Assembly: GCA_945897365.1 (NCBI GenBank)
Contig: CAMDFD010000008.1
Location: 1 to 32,000 of the forward strand
Length of the DNA stretch: 32,000 nucleotides
Direction of reading: 5' to 3'
Source: Bordetella parapertussis
Lineage (GTDB): Bacteria; Pseudomonadota; Gammaproteobacteria; Burkholderiales; Burkholderiaceae_B
In this document: positions 14,401-22,229 of the stretch, piece after piece
Position numbering within the stretch: the first letter of the stretch is position 1
Layout of the letters: each line of letters begins with the position of its first letter
Program-made: the position numbers and the translations under genes
Notes under the pieces: model-generated
The model's input: the letters and a program-made list of their open reading frames with translations, nothing else
Database searches by the model: none
Told to the model about the DNA's origin: nothing

Positions 14401-15666
14401 TCAAGCCAACTGCCCTGCCGCCATGGTAGCTGTAAGTTTACTGTAGTGCCGTTCAATCATCAGCACGGAGTTTCCCATCTGCCTTGCCAGCGTGTGTATG
14501 TCAGTGCCATTCTCCAGCAGTTCCAGTGTGGCGTAGGTATGCCGTAGTGAATACAGCGTACGTGCCTGACCACTACCCGTCAGCAGTAATCTCGTATCCT
14601 TGAGCAATCGCTTGAACATGCCATCCACTCTTGCTGGTTGATGCAAGTCCTCGCAACGAAATACCAGTTGTGAGCAATTGCTGGTCAATAATTGATCAAA
14701 TGTCATGCCTGTAATATCACTTTGCCGTGCGTGTAGTCTTTCCAACACAGCTACTGCAGCATGTTTGGCAATCAGCCAGCGCCCCCCAGTTTTGCCATCC
14801 ACCCAAATTCGCAAATATCTAACGCCCTTGTCTTTGTGCCAGCTGATGTGTTGCCAACGAATGCCTAGTGCTTCCGTGCCATGTCGCATGCCTGTGTACA
14901 GCAACATCTCTACATAGTCACGCACCAAGGGTCGTGTGATCCGCTCTATTGCCAATCTGCCCTGACCAGTCCACTCAGGCATTGCTGCCACGAGCTGATC
15001 AATCTCAGCACGAGTAAACGCTGGACGAGCGACACTTTTGATGCCAACGGTTGTTAATTTAGGTATCTTGGCGTTGGGACTGATCCAGCCATTTCTAACA
15101 CCAGTTTCACGCAGACGATTCCAAGCCGAAGCGAAATTCATCAGTGTTGATGCTCTGGGCCGCTTGGCCATCTGCCGATCACGCCACAGCTCGAAGTCCA
15201 CAATGTCTTGATGGGTCAGCTGTTCAAATTGTGTGTCGCCGAAGTAGGGCAAGAAGTAACGTTCAATACAACTCACATAACTGTCGTATGCGGTCTTGCC
15301 ACGAGCAGCATCTATTTGTCGCCTCAGTTCTTCCAATGCGACAGCCGCAATTTGTGCGAAGCTGCGTGCGTTGTGTGCTAAGCCCAGTTTCAGGCGAAAT
15401 CTGGCAAGGTCATAAGCTTCACAGGCAACCGCAACTGCCAGCTCAAGTGATGCTCGTTTCGTTGACTGCCTGTGCCACGCACCGTTCCGGATGCGATAGC
15501 GGAATTGCCACAGTGGGCTATCCACACGACGAAACACAACTACATCACCGTCCCGTAACTGGACGCTTGAGGGTTGTGCGTATTGGAGACGGGCAAGTGA
15601 GGGGCGGTCGTAGGTAGGTGAGGTTACAAGTGCGAGAGTTTGGAGGAGATCTCGCTTGCGGGACAT
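14401..15666 (-). CDS. Tyrosine-type site-specific integrase (421 aa)
   Basis: The C-terminal catalytic domain has LYTGMRHGEAL-like YTGMRHGTEAL (Arg I), YSLRHTYATLELLENG (Arg II region) and MIERHYSKL (Tyr nucleophile). Its long N-terminal domain is typical of island integrases. Confidence 0.9.
   Translation of the reverse strand: MSRKRDLLQTLALVTSPTYDRPSLARLQYAQPSSVQLRDGDVVVFRRVDSPLWQFRYRIRNGAWHRQSTKRASLELAVAVACEAYDLARFRLKLGLAHNARSFAQIAAVALEELRRQIDAARGKTAYDSYVSCIERYFLPYFGDTQFEQLTHQDIVDFELWRDRQMAKRPRASTLMNFASAWNRLRETGVRNGWISPNAKIPKLTTVGIKSVARPAFTRAEIDQLVAAMPEWTGQGRLAIERITRPLVRDYVEMLLYTGMRHGTEALGIRWQHISWHKDKGVRYLRIWVDGKTGGRWLIAKHAAVAVLERLHARQSDITGMTFDQLLTSNCSQLVFRCEDLHQPARVDGMFKRLLKDTRLLLTGSGQARTLYSLRHTYATLELLENGTDIHTLARQMGNSVLMIERHYSKLTATMAAGQLA
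15548..15570. repeat. CGTCC-N7-GGACG family, copy iii, inside the 5' part of the integrase CDS
   Basis: CCGTCCCGTAACTGGACGCTTGA encodes ..SSVQLRDG.. on the minus strand. Confidence 0.6.
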
Positions 15667-15750
15667 TAGCGGAATAGGGCTTGTGTATTCATACTGCTAT
15701 TTTAATTTCTGATTTGCGAGAGGTCGACCTGACTTTTTGGTTGGCTACGA

Positions 15751-15783
15751 TGTTGAACGGTCGTGTTACACGACACCCGTTGA
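15751..15783. repeat. Inverted-repeat partner B with palindromic core GTCGTGTTACACGAC (15760-15774)
   Basis: It matches the reverse complement of 3010-3039. It lies ~95 nt upstream of the integrase start codon. Confidence 0.6.
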
Positions 15784-15937
15784 CCACTTCAAGCCGTTAG
15801 CACGAAGTCAGCACCGAAATCAAACCTGACACAGCAATTCTTACGCAGCGGGTAAAAATGGGTGGCATCCTTCTAGACCCTAAATTTTATTAAAAAGTTC
15901 TAACAGCTAATATATATCCCTCAATCAAGGGAAAGTT

Positions 15938-16354
15938 ATGCCAACAATCCGTCAATATAAAGACACCACCGACCGAATCCAAGTTGTTGAACTCTGGAGA
16001 AATGTGTTTGGTTATGAAACGGCACACAACGAACCGAACTTGGCTATTTCAAAAAAGATAGCTACAAATGATGGTTTGTTTTTTGTCGCAGTTGAAAATA
16101 CAGATATCGTAGGAACGATTATGGCAGGCTACGATGGGCATCGTGGTTGGTTGTATTCTGTCGCAGTAGTACCAAATAAACGACGCAGCGGCTTGGGCAG
16201 CTCACTCGTTGAACACGCCGAAAAAGCACTTGCTGATTTGGGAGCTATGAAAGTCAATCTCCAACTGCTTGCTACAAATGAAGCGACTGCCGCTTTCTAC
16301 AACTCTATTGGTTACTCAGTTGAACCTCGCTTGAGTATGGGGAAAGTGCTATAA
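15938..16354 (+). CDS. GNAT family N-acetyltransferase (YpeA-like, 138 aa)
   Basis: It has VGTIMAGYDGHRGWLYSVAV.P..RRSGLGSSLV, the acetyl-CoA binding R/Q-x-x-G-x-G/A motif context. Its size and layout resemble small GNATs. Confidence 0.85.
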   Translation: MPTIRQYKDTTDRIQVVELWRNVFGYETAHNEPNLAISKKIATNDGLFFVAVENTDIVGTIMAGYDGHRGWLYSVAVVPNKRRSGLGSSLVEHAEKALADLGAMKVNLQLLATNEATAAFYNSIGYSVEPRLSMGKVL

Positions 16355-16475
16355 GAAGCTACCCAATCAGTGATTTTTAGAACAATGTCATTTCATTTTT
16401 TAATACCCAAGGCGAGAAACTTTATTCAAAAGTTTTAACAATAGAGCCTAATCGTTTGCTATAGATTTTGGCTTA

Positions 16476-16514
16476 GGCTATTTAGCTCAGTCGGTTAAAG
16501 CGATGGAATCATAA
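16476..16514 (+). pseudogene. Orphan 5' half of an elongator-tRNA-Met-like gene, ending in the anticodon loop
   Basis: GGCTATT-TA-GCTCAGTCGGTTAAAGC-G-ATGGA-ATCATAA has an acceptor strand, D-arm, anticodon stem and a loop with CAT. The following TTTAT cannot pair with ATGGA, and no T-arm follows. Confidence 0.6.
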
Positions 16515-16601
16515 TTTATCACCTCAGTGAGTGCTTATATTAGTGCTCATGGTGTCAACAAACAACCAAAGATAGCGCGAGGGTGGTGGAAGGTCAGAAA
16601 T

Positions 16602-16701
16602 ATCCAGTTACAAGCCCACACAAGCAAAAACCCCAGCGCGCTAGGGTTTCAAAATTCAGTGGTGGCCCGGGGCGGAATCGAACCACCGACACAAGGATTT
16701 T
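16602..16701 (-). repeat. 42-nt tRNA-Phe 3'-end copy (16660-16701) plus ~58 nt of the same downstream flank/terminator found beside the intact gene
   Basis: Segment 16660-16701 is identical to 18561-18602. Segment 16602-16659 matches 18499-18560 with a few substitutions and a 3-nt indel. Confidence 0.9.
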
Positions 16702-16834
16702 ATAAATCAGAGAGGTCAATACAAATCTTGCATCCTTAATCTCTGATATGTATTGACTTCGAGCCTGATAGAAACTTAATATTTATGGAAGTTAATTCGG
16801 TAGTCTTTATTCATTTTTACCGCCAAGGTCACGT

Positions 16835-17635
16835 ATGCGTTTTTACCCTTTTTCAAGGATGCTTAAAATATCTTTTGTATTCACAACTATTTTGACTTTG
16901 GGTCTTGTGGCTTGTGGTGATGGTAGTAGTAATGGCGGCAGTGCGGCAAGCGATAGTCCAAGTACGTACTATGCAGTAACTACATTAAGCGATTCTGGGC
17001 CTGGCTCCCTGAGGGCGGCTATTGACTCAGTAAATGCTGCTCCTTCAACCCAGTATTCAGGAATCACTTTTTCTGTATCGGGGACAATTACTTTGGCAAG
17101 TGACTTGCCGCCGATCACAAACAAGGTGTTAATAAATGGAGCGACTGCACCAGGATACTTTACTAACAATACTACTTCACTCCCAGTGGTTGCAGTTAAC
17201 TTCAACAACCTTGGAACAGGTTTTAATTTCGATAACGGCTCAGAAGGTTCGGGTATCTGGGCACTATCGATTTATGGCTCTACTTCAAATGCTGTATCTT
17301 TAATAGCAAGTCGTATCTCGGTCCTTAGCAATTACATAGGCGTCAATCTGGTTGATCAAGTGCTAGGTAATGCTGGGAGCAGTATTTATATTGCCACCGC
17401 CTCAACTGCCGACATTATTGATTTAGATAACTTGTCTGCAGGTAATGGTGTGGATGGGATTCTAGAAATTTTACGAGCGCGCCGGGCCCAATATTCTTCG
17501 ACTAGCCGCTCTTCTTGTAATACTTGCAACCCATCTTCATGCCCACCTGATATTTGTTCTGGTTACGGACCCCCAGTCTGCTGTCCATCCGGCTCTGGCT
17601 CCACAACGTGCTGCGCGACAGGAGGAGGAAGATAG
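16835..17635 (+). CDS. Lipoprotein with a CSLREA-like / right-handed beta-helix N-terminal part and an aberrant Cys-rich tail (probably a truncated adhesin gene)
   Basis: The lipobox is LGLVAC. The sequence TTLSDSGPGSLRAAIDSVNA is followed by beta-helix-like repeats up to ..GNGVDGI. After ~17455 the sequence changes character, to ..CNTCNPSSCPPDICSGYGPPVCCPSGSGSTTCCATGGGR. Confidence 0.55.
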   Translation: MRFYPFSRMLKISFVFTTILTLGLVACGDGSSNGGSAASDSPSTYYAVTTLSDSGPGSLRAAIDSVNAAPSTQYSGITFSVSGTITLASDLPPITNKVLINGATAPGYFTNNTTSLPVVAVNFNNLGTGFNFDNGSEGSGIWALSIYGSTSNAVSLIASRISVLSNYIGVNLVDQVLGNAGSSIYIATASTADIIDLDNLSAGNGVDGILEILRARRAQYSSTSRSSCNTCNPSSCPPDICSGYGPPVCCPSGSGSTTCCATGGGR

Positions 17636-17810
17636 TAGGATTAACATAGGGACGCGATGCAATAACTACTCACCTGATTTATGGCAGCCAGTTATCAAGG
17701 GTGACGACAATCTTGCCAAGCCCTTCCTAAACAAAAATGTAGTATTAAAGTTTTGCTCATACTGTGTATATCGAATATAAATGTTTATCGACAAACATCA
17801 CCTCTAGGCT

Positions 17811-17840
17811 CAAAAGAAAATAGCCCAACAAGTGGGCTAT
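17811..17840 (-). terminator. Hairpin plus T-run following the 21-nt tRNA-Phe fragment (minus-strand sense)
   Basis: The stem is ATAGCCCA/TGGGCTAT (17820-17827 / 17833-17840). The minus-strand T-run is the complement of CAAAAGAAAA (17811-17820). Confidence 0.5.
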
Positions 17841-17849
17841 TGTGATTCT

Positions 17850-17870
17850 TGGTGGCCCGGGGCGGAATCG
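17850..17870 (-). repeat. 21-nt copy of the extreme 3' end of tRNA-Phe
   Basis: TGGTGGCCCGGGGCGGAATCG is identical to 18561-18581. Confidence 0.8.
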
Positions 17871-17888
17871 TCCAAGACTCGAGGATAC

Positions 17889-18206
17889 TTAATCCCGCAT
17901 CCATTTGACTAGATCTCGACGCTGATGCAGCACTCTGAAGACATCAACTTGATCAGGTATTTCTTTGTAGACAACTAGATAGGGGAATTTCTGAAGGGGC
18001 CAACTTCGGACATCACTACGCCCGATTTGTTCTCCTAGCCTGAGTGAACCCGCTTTCGGGTACTTGATCAAAAAGTTAAAGGATTTTTCTAGTGCCGCCA
18101 CAAACTTATCACTGACCAGAGGTGACATTAACGATCGGTAATAAGAGAGTGCGACTTCTACGTCTAGTTTGGCTCTAATGTGTAGCGCCAGAAGTTTGCT
18201 AGTCAA
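17889..18206 (-). CDS. parE: ParE/RelE-superfamily type II toxin (105 aa)
   Basis: Its size, the ..A..D...A..YY.. N-terminus, the PYLVVYKEIPDQVDVFRVLHQRRD C-terminal pattern typical of ParE, and a 4-nt overlap (TTGA) with the upstream antitoxin gene support the call. Confidence 0.8.
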   Translation of the reverse strand: MTSKLLALHIRAKLDVEVALSYYRSLMSPLVSDKFVAALEKSFNFLIKYPKAGSLRLGEQIGRSDVRSWPLQKFPYLVVYKEIPDQVDVFRVLHQRRDLVKWMRD

Positions 18207-18442
18207 AGGTCTTTTTTGGCAGCTATTTGGTTTCGTAGCGAAGCAATGTAGTCTTCAACGCTTATCACTTCGGCAGGCGAGGCTTCACCCTCTTCGATCA
18301 GCGCTCGAACACGAGCCCGATCCTGTTCTTTCTGTAAAACATGTAGAACATATTCGTCAGTTGAGACAAAGCCTTGCTGGCTCGACTCTGAGTCGACAAA
18401 AGACTGTAATGAATCTGTTAGTTCTAAGCTCATTTTTGGCAT
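18203..18442 (-). CDS. parD: ParD-like (CC2985-type) antitoxin (79 aa)
   Basis: MPKMSLELTDSLQSFVDSESSQQGFVSTDEYVLHVL resembles the RHH-type ParD N-terminus. It lies immediately upstream of, and overlaps, the toxin gene. Confidence 0.75.
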   Translation of the reverse strand: MPKMSLELTDSLQSFVDSESSQQGFVSTDEYVLHVLQKEQDRARVRALIEEGEASPAEVISVEDYIASLRNQIAAKKDL

Positions 18443-18515
18443 ACCCCAATGCTAGGCGTTGAAATTGAGTTTGGCAATGACTGGACACTGTCCGAAACAT
18501 CCAGTTACAAGCCCC

Positions 18516-18550
18516 CAAAAGCAAAAACCCCAGCGCGAACGCTAGGGTTT
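18516..18550 (-). terminator. Terminator of tRNA-Phe
   Basis: On the minus strand AAACCCTAGCG-TTC-GCGCTGGGGTTT is followed by TTGCTTTTG, directly after the CCA end. Confidence 0.6.
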
Positions 18551-18560
18551 CAAAATTCAG

Positions 18561-18636
18561 TGGTGGCCCGGGGCGGAATCGAACCACCGACACAAGGATT
18601 TTCAATCCTCTGCTCTACCGACTGAGCTACCAGGCC
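18561..18636 (-). tRNA. tRNA-Phe (anticodon GAA), 76 nt with encoded CCA
   Basis: The reverse complement GGCCTGGTAGCTCAGTCGGTAGAGCAGAGGATTGAAAATCCTTGTGTCGGTGGTTCGATTCCGCCCCGGGCCACCA folds into a canonical cloverleaf. It has a 7-bp acceptor with one G-U pair, D-arm GCTC/GAGC, anticodon stem GAGGA/TCCTT, and T-arm GGTGG-TTCGATT-CCGCC. Confidence 0.95.
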
Positions 18637-18677
18637 AACTGAAGGACGAAATATTACACCAATTCAGACAAGCATGC

Positions 18678-19658
18678 TTAGTCTAGCTTGGTGCTGGTCC
18701 GTTTAAGGATGGCAGCATAAAAGTCACTTTCCTGGGCGAGCATGGTGCTGAGCTCTTTTGGTGACACGACAGTGACGTCCATCGCCTGATTTTCAATCTT
18801 CTTTTGAATGTTGCCATCTTTTTGTATCTCAGCCATGACGCGATTGAGCTTGGCGACGACGTCGGGTGGTGTGTTGGCAGGCGCGAACATCGCCGTCCAG
18901 GTTCGGATACCAAAATTCGGTACGCCACCTTCTGCAACCGTAGGGATGTTATTGAGAGCACTGCTGCGCTCGGGGCCAGTGGTCGCGATGAGTTTGATGC
19001 GACCGTCTTTGACCTGCTCCATCATATTGCCGACCAAGGATGTGATCATGACATCGACGCGTCCCGCAACGAGATCATTGAGTGCTACACCGGCACCTTT
19101 ATAGGGGATGTGGAGCATGTTGATCTTGGCGGCATCGTTGAGTGCCTCCGCAGCTAAATGTTGAGCCGAGCCGTTTCCCGAAGAAGCAAAATTCACCTTA
19201 CCCGGGTTGGCTTTTGCATACTTGATGAAATCGCTAACGCTGTTGACACCGATATTGGCGGAAACCAAGACGCCCATGGATTGGGTCGTCGCTAACGAGA
19301 CGGGCTGTAGGTCTTTCAGAACGTCATAGGTCGGTTTTTTATGCAAAAGTGGTGTAATCACCGTGGCGGGGGTGCCCCAAAACAAGGTGTAGCCGTCCGG
19401 CGCCGCTTTAATGACGGAGTCCGTGCCAATAAGTGTGCCAGCACCTGCGCGGTTTTCGACCAAAACAGGCTGGCCAAGCTTAGTGCTAAGTTCTTGGGCA
19501 AAAAGTCGGGCCACAATGTCGGTAGACCCGCCCGGCGCATAGGCCACGACGATGCGAATGGGTTTGTTGGGGTAGTCCGGGCTCGCAGAGGCTTGCTGAG
19601 CGGCCCAAAGCGGCAAAATTGCGAATGCGATCCGAGTGATAATTTTTTGAATGTTCAT
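18678..19658 (-). CDS. Bug/TctC-family tripartite tricarboxylate transporter substrate-binding protein
   Basis: A signal peptide is followed by [48 protein letters not shown], which is typical of the Bug family. The ATG at 19658 has AGGAG 6 nt upstream. Confidence 0.9.
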   Translation of the reverse strand: MNIQKIITRIAFAILPLWAAQQASASPDYPNKPIRIVVAYAPGGSTDIVARLFAQELSTKLGQPVLVENRAGAGTLIGTDSVIKAAPDGYTLFWGTPATVITPLLHKKPTYDVLKDLQPVSLATTQSMGVLVSANIGVNSVSDFIKYAKANPGKVNFASSGNGSAQHLAAEALNDAAKINMLHIPYKGAGVALNDLVAGRVDVMITSLVGNMMEQVKDGRIKLIATTGPERSSALNNIPTVAEGGVPNFGIRTWTAMFAPANTPPDVVAKLNRVMAEIQKDGNIQKKIENQAMDVTVVSPKELSTMLAQESDFYAAILKRTSTKLD

Positions 19659-19790
19659 AACATCTCCTGTGTGAGGTATTGTACGGAATGTCTCGGGCTC
19701 CGGTCCAGGAAAGGGCATTACGTGAACAACCTAGTTTGCACCCTTATAATAAGAGTTGTTACGTAGATTTAACAAAAAATTCCTTTATCT

Positions 19791-21065
19791 ATGTCGGTTA
19801 GCGTCCTCGCTCTTGGGTTGAACCACGTCTCGGCACCTGTTTCGGTGCGCGAGAGGGTATCCATGCCCGAGGATTTAGTACAGCCAGCACTGAATGCCTT
19901 GCGTCAGGCCTTCGGAGGCTCGGTCAAAGAAGCCGCGATTCTTTCAACCTGTAATCGCACCGAGCTTTACTGTGCGGCAGAGCCGCAAGTCGCGCAACAA
20001 CTTCCTGCGTGGCTCGCTGACTTTAATCGTATCGAGGCTGGGGAACTTGCACCACACGTGTATTTGCATGGGCGAGATGATGCTGTGCGGCATGCTTTCC
20101 GCGTCGCGAGTGGTCTAGACTCCATGGTGTTGGGCGAGCCTCAGATCCTGGGGCAAATGAAAGATGCAGTGAGGACTGCAAGCGATGCAGGTGCGCTGGG
20201 TACCTTGTTACATCAGCTCTTTCAACGCACTTTTTCCGTGGCCAAAGAAGTCCGTTCCACCACCGCGATTGGTGCGCAGTCTGTTTCGATGGCCGCTGCC
20301 GCTGTGCGACTTGCTGAACGCGTATTTGGTGAGTTGTCGACATCCAAGGTCCTCTTTATTGGTGCTGGCGAGATGATTGAGCTCTGTGCGACGCACTTTG
20401 CTGCCCGTCAGCCAGGTGCGATCGTGGTTGCCAACCGTACTCTTGAACGTGCAGAGTCTCTGGCGAAACGTTTCTCTGCTACCACCATGCGCTTGGCAGA
20501 CTTGCCTGACAGGTTGGCTGAGTTTGACGTGGTGGTGTCCTGTACGGCCAGTACCTTGCCTTTACTGGGTCTGGGGATGGTCGAGCGCGCCACAAAACAA
20601 CGCAAGCGCAAGCCGATTGTGATGGTTGACTTAGCCGTGCCTCGGGACATTGAGCCTGAGGTCGCGCAGCTTGACGATATCTATTTGTACTCTGTAGATG
20701 ATCTTGCTTCCGTGGTGCAGAGTGGTACAGAAGCCAGACGTTCTGCCGTGGTGCAGGCCGAGGCCATCATTGATGCACGCGTCAGAAACTTTATGCATTG
20801 GATGCAAGTCAGGGCGAATGTCCCCGTGATTCGCGATCTGCAAACAACCGCTCAGGCCGTGCAGGCTCAGGAGCTTGAGCGCGCTCGCCGGATGCTGGCT
20901 AAGGGCGAGTCGCCCGAGGCCGTTCTCGAGCAGCTCGCTCATGGTCTGACGCAAAAATATTTGCACGGGACTTTAGCTGCGCTCAATCATAGCGAAGAGG
21001 CAGAGCGTCAACAATTGTTGGGCTGGCTGCCCCGTATATTTCCGTCTGGATCCGAACGCCGTTAG
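19791..21065 (+). CDS. hemA: Glutamyl-tRNA reductase
   Basis: LGLNH..AP...RE and [10 protein letters not shown] (catalytic Cys) are present. It is 424 aa long and followed by prfA, as in many proteobacteria. Confidence 0.95.
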   Translation: MSVSVLALGLNHVSAPVSVRERVSMPEDLVQPALNALRQAFGGSVKEAAILSTCNRTELYCAAEPQVAQQLPAWLADFNRIEAGELAPHVYLHGRDDAVRHAFRVASGLDSMVLGEPQILGQMKDAVRTASDAGALGTLLHQLFQRTFSVAKEVRSTTAIGAQSVSMAAAAVRLAERVFGELSTSKVLFIGAGEMIELCATHFAARQPGAIVVANRTLERAESLAKRFSATTMRLADLPDRLAEFDVVVSCTASTLPLLGLGMVERATKQRKRKPIVMVDLAVPRDIEPEVAQLDDIYLYSVDDLASVVQSGTEARRSAVVQAEAIIDARVRNFMHWMQVRANVPVIRDLQTTAQAVQAQELERARRMLAKGESPEAVLEQLAHGLTQKYLHGTLAALNHSEEAERQQLLGWLPRIFPSGSERR

Positions 21066-21146
21066 CGACACTGCTGACTGATCTCGCTTAAAGCGAGTGG
21101 TACACCGTTCTAATCCCCCCAACTTTTTAAAACAAGACCGTTCTTC

Positions 21147-22229
21147 ATGAAACCTTCAATGCGCGCTCGCCTTGAGCATCTTTCCCGTCGCTTGGTTGAG
21201 GTCGATGCCTTGCTCTCAGAGCCTGATGCGGCCAATGATATGAATCAGTTTCGCAAGCTTTCGCGTGAGCGTGCCGAGCTTGAGCCAGTCGTCAAGGCGT
21301 TCGAAGCCTTTGAGGGGGCGAACAATGATTTGGCCGGTGCCAAGGAAATGTTGGACGATCCCGAGATGAAATCGATGGCGCTCGAGGAGATCGAGGCGTG
21401 CAAACAGCGCATCGAAACACTCGCTGCCGATTTGCAACTTCAGTTATTGCCCAAAGATCCTGACGATGGGCGAAGCGTCTTTGTAGAAATTCGTGCTGGC
21501 ACAGGGGGCGACGAAAGCGCACTTTTTTCAGGGGACTTACTCAGGATGTACACGCGTTACGCCGAGCAGCAAAGCTGGCGCGTCGAACTGATGTCAGAGA
21601 GCCCCTCCGAGTTGGGTGGTTACAAGGAAGTGATCGTTCGAATCGACGGCGATGGTGCCTATGGACGGCTCAAGTTCGAGTCTGGGGCGCATCGTGTTCA
21701 GCGGGTGCCTGCGACGGAAGCGCAAGGTCGGATTCATACATCAGCTTGCACCGTTGCAGTCATGCCTGAGGCTGATGAGGCGACCGATATTGTGATCAAT
21801 CCCAGTGACTTGCGGATAGACACCTTTCGAGCGAGCGGCGCTGGTGGTCAGCACATTAACAAGACCGACTCTGCAGTCCGTATTACGCATTTGCCAACCG
21901 GTTTGGTTGTGGAATGTCAGGACGATCGCTCACAGCATCGCAATAAAGACAAGGCCCTACAGGTCTTGGCCGCACGCCTCAAAGACAAAGTGCAGCGCGA
22001 GCAGCATGACAAAGAGGCCGCCCAGCGCAAAAGCCTGGTGGGCTCTGGCGATCGTTCCGAACGGATCCGCACCTATAACTTCCCGCAAGGTCGCTTGACA
22101 GACCATCGCATTAATCTCACCTTGTACAAATTGGGCGTCATCATGGAGGGCGACCTGAGTGAAGTCACTGGCGCATTGATTGCTGAACATCAGGCAGAGC
22201 TTCTTGCCGCGCTGGGTGACGGCGTCTGA
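21147..22229 (+). CDS. prfA: Peptide chain release factor 1
   Basis: It has the PAT tripeptide (RVQRVPATE) and the GGQ motif ([25 protein letters not shown]). Confidence 0.97.
   Translation: MKPSMRARLEHLSRRLVEVDALLSEPDAANDMNQFRKLSRERAELEPVVKAFEAFEGANNDLAGAKEMLDDPEMKSMALEEIEACKQRIETLAADLQLQLLPKDPDDGRSVFVEIRAGTGGDESALFSGDLLRMYTRYAEQQSWRVELMSESPSELGGYKEVIVRIDGDGAYGRLKFESGAHRVQRVPATEAQGRIHTSACTVAVMPEADEATDIVINPSDLRIDTFRASGAGGQHINKTDSAVRITHLPTGLVVECQDDRSQHRNKDKALQVLAARLKDKVQREQHDKEAAQRKSLVGSGDRSERIRTYNFPQGRLTDHRINLTLYKLGVIMEGDLSEVTGALIAEHQAELLAALGDGV

Larger units (their letters stand above)
2400..16701. mobile_element. Genomic island III (~14.2 kb), bounded by tRNA-Phe 3'-end direct repeats and encoding its own integrase
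   Basis: Direct repeats at 2400-2447 and 16660-16701 bound it. An integrase gene (14401-15666) lies near the tRNA-proximal end. The content is mosaic accessory genes and is more AT-rich than the core. Confidence 0.7.
16660..17870. mobile_element. Island II remnant (~1.15 kb) between the tRNA-Phe repeat copies at 16660 and 17850
   Basis: It is bounded by same-orientation tRNA-Phe 3'-end copies. It contains only one truncated-looking gene and no recombinase. Confidence 0.5.
17850..18560. mobile_element. Island I remnant (~0.7 kb) adjacent to the intact tRNA-Phe, carrying only a ParDE-type toxin-antitoxin pair
   Basis: It is bounded by the intact tRNA 3' end (18561) and the 21-nt repeat. Confidence 0.5.

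Noticed and set aside
16527-16739. The 70-aa ORF here, and ORFs 18357-18605(-) and 18169-18462(+), might be coding.
   Set aside because: They read through the tRNA-Phe repeat and terminator sequence, or lie antisense to the parDE genes. The shared peptides (..[12 protein letters not shown]..) are translations of the tRNA.
17461-17495. A cluster of 6-bp palindromic restriction sites (TCTAGA, GCGCGC, GGGCCC, AATATT) resembles a polylinker, raising the possibility of vector contamination.
   Set aside because: I recognised no other vector-like sequence around it, and the stretch lies inside an open reading frame. It is more simply explained as a natural rearrangement junction.
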